Source: Alphaproteobacteria bacterium
Lineage (GTDB): Bacteria > Pseudomonadota > Alphaproteobacteria > UBA2136 > UBA6156
Direction: 5' to 3'
Assembly: GCA_027485835.1 (NCBI GenBank)
Contig: JAIXQG010000001.1
Location: 69,902-133,901, forward strand
Length of the DNA: 64,000 bases
Shown here: positions 48,170 to 56,502 of the stretch, in pieces
Numbering within the stretch: the first letter of the stretch is position 1
How the letters are laid out: every line of letters begins with the position of its first letter
The notes under the pieces: model-generated
What the model saw: only the letters and a program-made list of their open reading frames with translations
Told to the model about the DNA's origin: nothing
Databases searched by the model: none
Program-made: the position numbers and the translations under genes

Positions 48170-48364
48170 TTAGCGCAGCGGGACGTAAGGCAGGTAGATG
48201 ACGGACGGCAGCACCACATACCGGAACTGCGGGCGGCGACGTGGCGGGACGGAGAGCATTCTGGCACTTTCCGGTAGGCGTGCGGCAGCGGATTGCTGGA
48301 GCTTTTCGTGTAAAAAGGCGGGTTGGGGAAGCCTGGAACCGAATAAGAAGATCTTTGCGGTCAT
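48170..48364 (-). CDS. Small basic hypothetical protein (64 aa) downstream of virB11
   Basis: GAAAGGA RBS before MTAKIFLFG. Confidence 0.45.
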   Translation of the reverse strand: MTAKIFLFGSRLPQPAFLHEKLQQSAAARLPESARMLSVPPRRRPQFRYVVLPSVIYLPYVPLR

Positions 48365-48467
48365 GGGTATCCTTTCGTGGCAACAAAGCGGTCTTGGGGG
48401 ATGTTTTCCCCACAAGTATGCCCCCAAGGGGCGGGGGCATACAAGATGGAATCAGGGTTTTTTAAGC

Positions 48468-49463
48468 CTAATGGGCCGGAGTGGGCATGGCGCTGTCGGC
48501 CTTTAGTTGCTTGAAGTAGCCGGTGACTTTCGGGCCTTCCCGGACCAGTTGCACCACGCCGTAGATGTCGTCGTGCAGCTGGCGCTTAAGCACGTTGAGG
48601 GCGCTATCGGCGATTTCGCCATTCAACATCACACGGTTGATGACGGCGTCGAGTGCGGCGTCTGGGTTGTTGGCGTGGATGGTGGCCATGGAGCCATCGT
48701 GACCCGTGTTGATGGCCGAACAGAACGCGAAGGCGTTTTCCTTACGGATTTCCCCCAAAATAATACGGTCCGGGCGCATACGCAGGGTGGCGTTGAGCAT
48801 TTCGCGGATTTCCTTACCGGTAGGGTCGCGGTTGGCGCCGCCGAAAATGAGCGGGACCCAGTTTTGGTGGGGTACGTCGAGTTCCGGCACGTCTTCCAGT
48901 GTAATCAGGCGTTCGTGCATCGGGATATATTTGAGTGCGGCGTTCATGAAGCTGGTTTTACCGGTGCTGGTACCGCCGGAAATAAGCAGGGTTTTTTTGT
49001 TGACGATGCAGTTAATGATTTTGTCCTTCACGCCCGGCTGGAGGTAGAAGTGGTCTAGCGTAAAGTTTTTGACGTGCTGGATACGCACGGTCATCGTGAA
49101 CTTTTTGGTGGTGTTGTGGCCGCCAACGATTTGGACACGGTGGCCGCCCGGCATTTTGCATGACAAAACAGGGTGTTGCGGTGTGAAGATCTCATTCGAG
49201 AGGTTGGCGAGCATACGGGCGCAGTCTTCCAAGCGGTCCAGCGTCAGCTCTGGGGCGTCGACCCATTTCCAGGAGCCGTCCGGAAATTCGTAACCGACCT
49301 CTCCAGGGCGGTTGATGACAAGTTCGCGGATGTTGGGTTCTTCGAAGTACTTCAGCAGGGGGCCGAGGAAGCGGGTTTCGACCTTGTTGAGGCCATGCTT
49401 AGCGCCGAGAGCTTCGATCTCTGGGGTGAGGGCGCTACCGGCCTGCGAGATGAGGTCGCTCAT
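48468..49463 (-). CDS. virB11: VirB11-family type IV secretion ATPase
   Basis: ELVINRPGEV, Walker A SGGTSTGKTS, LITLED, LRMRPDRIILGEIR, NTGHDGSMATIHAN. Confidence 0.88.
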   Translation of the reverse strand: MSDLISQAGSALTPEIEALGAKHGLNKVETRFLGPLLKYFEEPNIRELVINRPGEVGYEFPDGSWKWVDAPELTLDRLEDCARMLANLSNEIFTPQHPVLSCKMPGGHRVQIVGGHNTTKKFTMTVRIQHVKNFTLDHFYLQPGVKDKIINCIVNKKTLLISGGTSTGKTSFMNAALKYIPMHERLITLEDVPELDVPHQNWVPLIFGGANRDPTGKEIREMLNATLRMRPDRIILGEIRKENAFAFCSAINTGHDGSMATIHANNPDAALDAVINRVMLNGEIADSALNVLKRQLHDDIYGVVQLVREGPKVTGYFKQLKADSAMPTPAH

Positions 49464-49632
49464 GCATGTATCCTGCTTATTATTCTGTTACCCCAGTATA
49501 AGCGCGGATTGGTCGCCGCTGGCAAGGGGTTTGGGACGGTTTTTGCATTTGGTGTGGTTTGGGGGTTGCGGATTGGGGGTGGGATACCCATGTTTTGGGC
49601 ATCAGCAACGGCGAACAAGAAAGGATCGCGCC

Positions 49633-49875
49633 GTGGATAATCTCTCTAGAATTCTTATCATTTTAATTCTATCGGCAAGTTCTGCTTTCGCACAGGAGCG
49701 CGTTTCAGATGAGCTCACGAAAGAGCTTGCGCGCGTGCAGGAGGAGGCGACGAAGCAGAAGACTTTGTCTCCTAAGGTTATCATTTCGGCGAGTGCAAAA
49801 GATTGTGCCTTGTTTGAGGAGATAAAAGCCTACGGCGAGGTGTCATACAACAACGTTAACTGCCAGGTGCAGTAA
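49633..49875 (+). CDS. Small secreted two-Cys protein, paralog 1
   Basis: GTG start with AAGGA RBS; signal peptide ending AFA; C..F.EI...Y..V.CQ. Confidence 0.7.
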   Translation: MDNLSRILIILILSASSAFAQERVSDELTKELARVQEEATKQKTLSPKVIISASAKDCALFEEIKAYGEVSYNNVNCQVQ

Positions 49876-49993
49876 CCGATAACTGCGCTGAAATTGCGAC
49901 TAGGGGCCCTGCAATGCGGGGCCCTTGGTGTTTTGGTGAGTTGCGAAAGGTGTTTTGTGTGCTTATGCTAGGTTAAGAATAAGGACATAGGCG

Positions 49994-50260
49994 ATGAAGG
50001 TTCTTCTGGCAGTGATGATGGCTTTGGTGGCGGTGGTGCCTGTGTTGGCGCAGATGCCGCAAACCAAGGAGAAGACCGAGGAAGAGCGTGTGGTGGAGGC
50101 GCTGAACGCGCAGTTGGCGAAAATGGAAGACAGCGCCGGGCTAGGTGGAGAGGGATACAAGGCTCAATTAAGTGGGAATGCCATGTTCTGTGAGTTTTTT
50201 GCGGAGATTCAGAAGGCGTATCCGCTGTACAAGGGTGTGAGCTGCCAAGCGCGGAATTAG
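49994..50260 (+). CDS. Small secreted two-Cys protein, paralog 2
   Basis: AAGGA RBS; signal peptide ending VLA; CEFFAEI...YKGVSCQ. Confidence 0.75.
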   Translation: MKVLLAVMMALVAVVPVLAQMPQTKEKTEEERVVEALNAQLAKMEDSAGLGGEGYKAQLSGNAMFCEFFAEIQKAYPLYKGVSCQARN

Positions 50261-50877
50261 GCGTGTTTTGGGAGTTCCGGCAGATGCTTTTGCAGGCTTA
50301 CTATTAAGAGTTCGTCGAGTTGCTTAAGGGTCAGCGGTTGGCCTTCGGCATGGAGGCTGGTGACACCTTTTTGTGTGATGCCGCAGGGGATGAAGTGTTT
50401 GTAGACCGAGAGGTCGGGGTTTAAATTCAGCGCAATGCCATGATAGGCGTAGCCTTTGCGCACGCGCACGCCGATGGCGGCGATTTTCTTGTCGTTTATC
50501 CAGACGCCGATTTCATCACCGCTACCTGCCGTAGCGGTGAGGTTGGCTTCGGCGAGGGTAGCTATAAGCCAGTGCTGGAGCCATTGGACGTAGGCGCGGA
50601 TGTCCGCATTGAAGCGCTTGAGGTTGATAACCAGATAGACCACCCGCTGGCCCGGGCCGTGGTAGGTGACTTTGCCGCCGCGGCCGGTGTGGAGGAAGGG
50701 GAGCGGGCTGGTGCCAAGGTCGGATTCATTTCCGCTCGTGCCGATGGTGAGAATGGGTTCGTGCTCGCTGAAGATGATGGTTTCTTCTCCGGTGGCTAAG
50801 GCATGGCTGAGGGCTGCGTCCATGCGTTGCATCCCCTCGGTGTAGGGGGTGAGGCCGGGCCATGTAACGATGTTCAT
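50257..50877 (-). CDS. lipB: Lipoyl(octanoyl) transferase
   Basis: EHEP..T.G, RGGKVTYHGPGQ, KIAAIG, HGIALN, IPCGI. Confidence 0.96.
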   Translation of the reverse strand: MNIVTWPGLTPYTEGMQRMDAALSHALATGEETIIFSEHEPILTIGTSGNESDLGTSPLPFLHTGRGGKVTYHGPGQRVVYLVINLKRFNADIRAYVQWLQHWLIATLAEANLTATAGSGDEIGVWINDKKIAAIGVRVRKGYAYHGIALNLNPDLSVYKHFIPCGITQKGVTSLHAEGQPLTLKQLDELLIVSLQKHLPELPKHA

Positions 50878-50900
50878 TGAACTATATAGAACTTTAAATT

Positions 50901-50985
50901 TGGTGCGGACAAGAGGACTCGAACCTCCACGATTTTACTCGCCAGCCCCTCAAGCTGGTGCGTCTACCAATTCCGCCATATCCGC
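50901..50985 (-). tRNA. tRNA-Leu(GAG)
   Basis: GCGGATATGGCGGAATTGGTAGACGCACCAGCTTGAGGGGCTGG...GGTTCGAGTCC...CCGCACCA; long variable arm. Confidence 0.95.
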
Positions 50986-51109
50986 ACGGTCTCAATTCTC
51001 CAAGGGGTAACCCAAGGATTGGATTGGTACGGGCGGGATATAACCTGATTACATAGGGTTTGGCAACGGGGTTGTTTGCCTTTCTGCGGGGATGGGGTAC
51101 AAGTTGGGC

Positions 51110-51967
51110 ATGAAAAGTGAATTTATGGCTGTGAGTGGCGGTGTTCTTCAGGTGGTGGGTACGCCCATTGGCAACCTTGCGGATATGAGCCCGCGGGCGG
51201 GGGAAGCGATGGAGAAGGCGGACCTGATTGCGTGCGAGGATACGCGCCGGACCGGCCAGTTGCTGAGGCTTTTGGGGTTGAAGACGCCTAAGATGGTCAG
51301 TTGTTATAAGGAGAACGAGGGCGCCCGCATGGCGCAGATTGTAGCCGAGATTGCGGCGGGTAAGCGCGTGGTGTTGGTGAGTGACGGCGGGATGCCCGGC
51401 ATTAGTGACCCCGGGGCCAAGGTTGTGGCAGCGGTGCGCGCGGCGGGTTTGCGGGTTGAGGTGATACCCGGCCCGAGTGCGGTGGCAACGGCTGTGGCCG
51501 GGAGTGGGTTTGACGGCGGGTTTGTGTTTGCGGGTTTTCCGGAACGCAAGGACAAGGCGTTGCGGGTGCAGTTGGCCGGATTGGCGGCGGAGGAACGGAC
51601 GCTGGTGTTTTATGAGAGCCCCCAACGTGTAGAGGACACGGTAGCTGTGGCGTTGGACGTGTGGGGCAACCGCCCTGCGTGGTTGGCGCGGGAGCTGACG
51701 AAGATGCATGAGGAGTGGATGGGGCCGGATTTGGCTTCTATTCTGGCGGAGATTAAGGTCCGTGGGGGAGTTAAGGGCGAGTGTGTGCTGGTAGTGGCGG
51801 GTGGTCAGCGGGTTGAGGCGGAGAGTGTGGATGATGCGGCGATTGCGGCGCGCTTGGCAGCGGGGGATAGCGTGAAAACCGTTGCTGGCTGGGTGGCGGA
51901 TGTGGAAAAGGTTTCCAAATCAGATGCCTATACGCGTGTTCAGACTGTTAAAGACGGCTTAAAATAA
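51110..51967 (+). CDS. rsmI: 16S rRNA C1402 2'-O-methyltransferase
   Basis: VGTPIGNLADMSPRA, ACEDTR, VSDGGMPGISDPG, FYESPQR, ARELTKMHEE. Confidence 0.96.
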   Translation: MKSEFMAVSGGVLQVVGTPIGNLADMSPRAGEAMEKADLIACEDTRRTGQLLRLLGLKTPKMVSCYKENEGARMAQIVAEIAAGKRVVLVSDGGMPGISDPGAKVVAAVRAAGLRVEVIPGPSAVATAVAGSGFDGGFVFAGFPERKDKALRVQLAGLAAEERTLVFYESPQRVEDTVAVALDVWGNRPAWLARELTKMHEEWMGPDLASILAEIKVRGGVKGECVLVVAGGQRVEAESVDDAAIAARLAAGDSVKTVAGWVADVEKVSKSDAYTRVQTVKDGLK

Positions 51968-52095
51968 GCCTGCCTTTTGCTGCGGCAATGGGGTGACAGG
52001 GGGCAGGCTAAAGTGGCCCCAAAACGGGCAGTGCCGCTTGAGCCAAGGGAACATGTTGCGTAGCCTACCCTCAGAACCAAGAGAAGGGCGCTGAT

Positions 52096-52221
52096 ATGGA
52101 CTACATTGAACAAGCCTTGCACACTATGCTTGAGAACCCGCAGGGACGCGTGGATTTGAAAGCGTTGCCATCGGCCTTCTTTGACTATTTTGAAGTAACT
52201 GAAGACGAACTGGCTGCGTAA
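52096..52221 (+). CDS. 41-aa micro-protein (absent from the ORF track)
   Basis: MDYIEQALHTMLENPQGRVDLKALPSAFFDYFEVTEDELAA*; shares the LPS..F.YFE motif with the next gene. Confidence 0.65.
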   Translation: MDYIEQALHTMLENPQGRVDLKALPSAFFDYFEVTEDELAA

Positions 52222-52226
52222 CAATT

Positions 52227-52487
52227 ATGGCTGCAAAAATTCCGGCAGATAGGGCGCTTGGCGCAAAAGTTGTGGTGAGCGAGCCGATGAGCAGCGTTGA
52301 GCGCGACGAGATTGCCGCGCTTGTGATGCGGATTAAGCGTGCCGACGAACGCAGCCGGAACTTGGAGCTTGCGGGTGATGCTCGCAGGCCGGTTGTAAGT
52401 GCCAGTGACCGCCAATGGGCCGAGGACTGGAAGCTACCCAGTGAGGTTTTTGAGTACTTTGAAATTGACCATGCCCAAGCGGCTTAA
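52227..52487 (+). CDS. Small hypothetical protein (86 aa)
   Basis: Ends KLPSEVFEYFEIDHAQAA; 5 nt after the micro-protein and 3 nt before the next gene. Confidence 0.7.
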   Translation: MAAKIPADRALGAKVVVSEPMSSVERDEIAALVMRIKRADERSRNLELAGDARRPVVSASDRQWAEDWKLPSEVFEYFEIDHAQAA

Positions 52488-52490
52488 TGA

Positions 52491-52961
52491 ATGAAGACGA
52501 TTGGCATGTACACCCTTATTAAACCCGACGACAGCTTTACCGGCAAAATGCCGGCACCCCGCGTTTACCTAGGCGGGCAAAGCCGTGGGCGGGATTGGCG
52601 CATGGATTTTTTCCAGCGGTTTTCGCGGATGGATTTAACCTTTATTAACCCGCGCCGTGAGCCTTTTATTGACCCCGAGCTGGAACCTGCCGCGCATGCC
52701 AAGCAAGTGGCTTGGGAGCGTCAGGCATTAGATGTGGCCGATATCGGTGTGTTTTGGTTGGGTGAAGGTTTGAGCAACCAAGCCGCACGTGTGGAAATTG
52801 GTTATATGCTGGGTGCGCAAAAGCCCGTTTTGTTGGGTGCGCAGCCCGGATTTATGGGTGTTGAGCACCTTGTGTGCTTTAGCGGGCTTGTGGTGGCGCC
52901 CTCGCTTGAGGGGTTGTTGAACCGGTTTGCTAGTGTTTTGAGCGGGTTGCAGACGGGATAG
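52491..52961 (+). CDS. Nucleoside 2-deoxyribosyltransferase-like protein (Nuc_deoxyri_tr2 type)
   Basis: VYLGG....DWR, INPRR, QVAWE..ALD.AD...FW, RVEIG with the putative catalytic Glu. Confidence 0.8.
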   Translation: MKTIGMYTLIKPDDSFTGKMPAPRVYLGGQSRGRDWRMDFFQRFSRMDLTFINPRREPFIDPELEPAAHAKQVAWERQALDVADIGVFWLGEGLSNQAARVEIGYMLGAQKPVLLGAQPGFMGVEHLVCFSGLVVAPSLEGLLNRFASVLSGLQTG

Positions 52962-53029
52962 GTTCTGGTTTAGATATAAAAATTCCGGCCCGCTTGATGC
53001 GGGCCGGTTTGTATTTCGAGTTGTAGGAA

Positions 53030-53686
53030 TCAGCCGTTCTTGCGCAGGTAGCGGTCGAAGCGGAGGAGTGCCTGGCAGGCGGGATCATGGTTGATGATGC
53101 CCGCGTCGACCAATTCGAGTGCCCGCTGGAGGGGAGTCCAGTGGCCTCCCTTGATCGTCGGGTCGATGCCGTCGCTGTTCGGTACGAACTCTTCCGGCAG
53201 GATGAGTCCGAAGTACATGTCGTACGTCGGCATGTTCGCTGGTTTGACGAACGAGCCCTGCAGGTTGATCAGCGTGGAGGTATCGACAAACTGGCCGGTT
53301 TCTCCTTTGAGCTGGCTGCGGACAGCCTGCTCAGGGGTTTCGAAATAGACGAGCGGATCGAAGTTGTCGCGCTTGCCTTCCCACGAATTCTTCACCGAGC
53401 CGGACGGCATGGTGATGACTTCATCTTCGGCCAGGAATACCGGCGAGCCGGTGCCGAGGTCGACCTCCAGCGAATGGGGGCGCGGCGGGGCATAGCCCTC
53501 GCCGAAGCGGAGGACGGTGCCGGGCTTCTTCTCGTGGAGCAGAAGGACGCGCTGGGTGCTCTGGGCATACAGCGCGACGGTAATATTGTCCGGCATCCAC
53601 GTGATATCGTTCTTTCCGACCTCTGCAAAAGCGCGGGTGCGGTGGCCGACGACGAGAAAGTTGGTGGTGTCAATGATAGAGTTCAT
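53030..53686 (-). CDS. Degenerate Nudix-fold protein (ADP-ribose pyrophosphatase-like architecture)
   Basis: RVLLL, ETPEQAVRSQLKGETG, W.PL..ALELV..G.I. Confidence 0.72.
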   Translation of the reverse strand: MNSIIDTTNFLVVGHRTRAFAEVGKNDITWMPDNITVALYAQSTQRVLLLHEKKPGTVLRFGEGYAPPRPHSLEVDLGTGSPVFLAEDEVITMPSGSVKNSWEGKRDNFDPLVYFETPEQAVRSQLKGETGQFVDTSTLINLQGSFVKPANMPTYDMYFGLILPEEFVPNSDGIDPTIKGGHWTPLQRALELVDAGIINHDPACQALLRFDRYLRKNG

Positions 53687-53689
53687 GGC

Positions 53690-53845
53690 AGTTCTCCCAG
53701 TAGTCTTCAGAAAGCACCTCGGTAGGTTGCTTTTTGTGCCTGAAGGACGGGTTGAGGGAGCAAACGCGCGGGGGCTACACCTTGGTAGGTTGTAGTGTTG
53801 TCCGGCGGTTGCCTGGCGAAACGGACAAGCTTGTTAGCTGATATG
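53690..53845 (-). ncRNA. Structured 5' leader with two matching bulged-A hairpins (candidate cis-regulatory RNA)
   Basis: CUAC-A-ACCU(ACCA)AGGU-GUAG and AAAGC-A-ACCU(ACCG)AGGU-GCUUU on the transcribed strand. Confidence 0.5.
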
Positions 53846-53854
53846 TCCAAGGTC

Positions 53855-53884
53855 TATATGGGGTGTGGTGTGGAGGTTGTCAAT
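53855..53884 (-). promoter_or_regulatory. Putative promoter of 53030..53686
   Basis: TTGACA-N14-CCCCATATA. Confidence 0.55.
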
Positions 53885-53935
53885 GATTAGTATACAATAA
53901 AATTACGGCGCCCGAAGGCGCCGCAAGGTATGTCG

Positions 53936-54697
53936 TTAGTTAGCTTGATTCCGCCAATTTTCGGTTACTTGTCCGGTGCGGGTGGAGAAGTCTTCGTCGA
54001 GAAGATACTCTTGTACCAACCGGAGGCCGTGGGCGGCAACCCCGTGGGGGTTGAAGCATTTGGCCCATTGCGCCTTGTCTTCCGTTGAGCGAGTCTTTGG
54101 GAAGACTGGCGCCATGCACCAACCGTCTTTCATCAGCTTGTTACGGCGGATGAGGAGATCAGTGTCCTTCACGACCAGCATGAAAGAGGCCTGAACAGCT
54201 GCTGCACTGTTCGGGTACGGGGCCGGTGGCGAGCCGTAGTCGAGGTCTATCAGCGGGCTTGTGGCGCCTGCTGGTAGCCAGAACGTCGGGCGGTAGCAGG
54301 TTTCCATCATCTCATCGGGAGAGACCGGTAGGCCGGTTTCCTGATGACCCTTGCGGAGGGCTGTATGGGCGAGATTTTGGAAATCGCGCTTTTCCATGTA
54401 GCCACCCGGAGGGGTGAGGACTTCATGGGGTAGGAAAGCTTTAGCTTCCTTTTTCATGAGCACCGTCCAGATACCTTGGGCGTTGAGCTTCACAACGAAG
54501 AGGCTTGCGCTGCTGCGCAGGCCGGCTTCGGTGTAATGCTTGGCTGTGCCGTTGACGCTGAGGCACTTCTGGGTAACCTCGACAAAGCGAGATGCTTTGG
54601 GGTTTATCGGCAGAATTTCTGCTGTGACCGCCTGCAAAGAGGGGTTGAGCTCATCTGGGACAGAGATGAGCTCGGAATAGTTGATTTCCGTGGTCAT
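53936..54697 (-). CDS. Degenerate Nudix-fold protein
   Basis: SASLFVV, TVLMKK, PGGYMEKRDFQNLAHTALRKGHQETGL. Confidence 0.72.
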   Translation of the reverse strand: MTTEINYSELISVPDELNPSLQAVTAEILPINPKASRFVEVTQKCLSVNGTAKHYTEAGLRSSASLFVVKLNAQGIWTVLMKKEAKAFLPHEVLTPPGGYMEKRDFQNLAHTALRKGHQETGLPVSPDEMMETCYRPTFWLPAGATSPLIDLDYGSPPAPYPNSAAAVQASFMLVVKDTDLLIRRNKLMKDGWCMAPVFPKTRSTEDKAQWAKCFNPHGVAAHGLRLVQEYLLDEDFSTRTGQVTENWRNQAN

Positions 54698-54739
54698 CCG
54701 CTAATCCTTTCTAAAAATGCGGTGGGATTAGCCTTTTTT

Positions 54740-54770
54740 ATGGGGCTGAAACCTGCGTTTTCAAGGGGGA
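54740..54770 (-). promoter_or_regulatory. Near-consensus sigma32 (RpoH) promoter
   Basis: TCCCCCTTGAA-N14-CCCCAT. Confidence 0.65.
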
Positions 54771-54779
54771 GGGGCGGAT

Positions 54780-55295
54780 TTAGCAGTATTTGGAGAGGTC
54801 GGCGAGGGCTTGCATGAGGCCGCGGGTGCTGAAGCTGCTTTCTAGCGCGATGCCGCTGGCGATGGGTTGGTAGCGGACGATGAGGTAGGTGTCGGGTTTT
54901 AACATGTGGGCTGCGTTTTCGGCGTCGTAGGCGAGCACGATGTTATAGCCGCGGCCCGCGCCTTCGAGTGGGAGAGGCGCGAGGATTTCGGAGATTTCTG
55001 CCACCGGAGGACGTACGAGGGGGGCGATGAAGAGGGTACGGAGCTCGAGTGTGCCGTTGCGGGTAGGGATGCCGTCGGTGGAGACGGTGAACTCGGCCGC
55101 GTGGGCGCGGATGGTGCAGGAGCGGGGTTCGATGAACCATTCTCCGTATGTAAGGGCGCGTGGGGCGGGGGATGTGTAGGAATTGGGGCGGCCTTCGGCA
55201 CGGACAGAGCTACCCGGAGCCTTGGGGCCGGAGGAACAGGCGGAGAGCAGGGCTAAAGCCAAGATGAGGGAGGTAGGCGAAATTTTGTTCTTCAT
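54780..55295 (-). CDS. Hypothetical lipoprotein
   Basis: MKNK...LALLSAC lipobox. Confidence 0.75.
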   Translation of the reverse strand: MKNKISPTSLILALALLSACSSGPKAPGSSVRAEGRPNSYTSPAPRALTYGEWFIEPRSCTIRAHAAEFTVSTDGIPTRNGTLELRTLFIAPLVRPPVAEISEILAPLPLEGAGRGYNIVLAYDAENAAHMLKPDTYLIVRYQPIASGIALESSFSTRGLMQALADLSKYC

Positions 55296-55387
55296 GGCTT
55301 ACAGTCTAGCGTAATCCGGCGATTTTGGAGTGGTTTTGCAGGCGTTTAGGGGTTGACGGGTGCCCATGTTTTGGGCAGGTTGCGGCC

Positions 55388-56455
55388 ATGAGCACGACAC
55401 CTACCAACAACCTTGGTTTTATTCGGATTAAGCAGCCGCAGGCACCTGTGGCCGAGGCGTTTGTGCCGTTGCCGGAAATACGGATTGGGAGCCACCTGTT
55501 GGAGAACAACACCGTACTGGCGCCGATGACCGAAATTACCGACCGCCCGACGCGCTTACTCAACAAGATTTACGGGGCTGGTTTGGTGGTGAGCGAAATG
55601 GTCGCAGCGGAGGGCGTGGTGCGCCAAGCTGCGGTGGCCGCGCAAAAGGCGACGTTTGATACGCGTCAGGGCATCCATAGCGTGCAGATTGTGGGTGGCG
55701 ACCCGACCAATATGGGTGTGGCCGCGCAGGTGAATGAGAAGGCCGGTGCGGATATTATCGATATTAATATGGGTTGCCCCGTGAAGAAGGTGGTGAACTG
55801 CATGGCCGGTAGTGCCCTGATGCGCGAGCCGGAGCTGGTAGAGCGCATTGTGGGTGAGGTGGTTGAGAAGGTGACTATTCCGGTAACCCTAAAAACCCGC
55901 CTTGGCTGGAATGAAGAGATGAAGAACGGCGTGCAGATTGCACAGATTGCCGAGAAGTGTGGTGTGAAGCTGTTGGCGATTCATGGCCGTACCCGTGCGC
56001 AGATGTACACGGGCAGTGCCGATTGGGCGGCGATACGCAAGATTAAGGAGGCGGTGAGTATTCCGGTTTTGGTGAACGGGGATATTCTTACCATTGACGA
56101 TGCGATTGAGGCGTTGAAGCAGAGCGGGTGCGACGGCGTGATGATTGGCCGTGCGACCCAAGGTAAGCCGTGGTTGCTGGGGCAAGTAGCGCATTACCTG
56201 AAGACCGGCGAGCGTTTGCCCGACCCGAGCCTTGAAGAGCAGTGCGAGGTGGTGTGCGAGCATATTGCGCTGGCGGTGGAGTTGTATGGTGAGTTTAGTG
56301 GTATTCACCACATGCGTAAGCACGTTGCGGGTTATACCAAGGGCTTGATTGGCGGCCGTGAGCTTAGAATGAAGCTGAATGAAATGACCGTGGCCAGTGA
56401 GATGCAGAGTGGTGTGCGGGCGTTGTTTGAGGCGAACCGGAACATGGTGCAATAA
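55388..56455 (+). CDS. dusB: tRNA-dihydrouridine synthase B (NifR3)
   Basis: [46 protein letters not shown]. Confidence 0.96.
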   Translation: MSTTPTNNLGFIRIKQPQAPVAEAFVPLPEIRIGSHLLENNTVLAPMTEITDRPTRLLNKIYGAGLVVSEMVAAEGVVRQAAVAAQKATFDTRQGIHSVQIVGGDPTNMGVAAQVNEKAGADIIDINMGCPVKKVVNCMAGSALMREPELVERIVGEVVEKVTIPVTLKTRLGWNEEMKNGVQIAQIAEKCGVKLLAIHGRTRAQMYTGSADWAAIRKIKEAVSIPVLVNGDILTIDDAIEALKQSGCDGVMIGRATQGKPWLLGQVAHYLKTGERLPDPSLEEQCEVVCEHIALAVELYGEFSGIHHMRKHVAGYTKGLIGGRELRMKLNEMTVASEMQSGVRALFEANRNMVQ

Positions 56456-56502
56456 GGAAAACCCCGACACGCTGGTCGGGGTTTTTACTATTCGAAATCC
56501 TT

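Noticed and set aside
52096..52221. ELAA-ending reading frame as a tmRNA tag
   Set aside because: No tRNA-like acceptor or T-arm ends nearby; the ORF has its own ATG and a paralogous neighbour.
53690..53845. Leader as a known NAD-I, ykkC or guanidine-II riboswitch
   Set aside because: Loops are ACCR, not ACGR, and the known consensus cores do not match; kept only as an unassigned motif.
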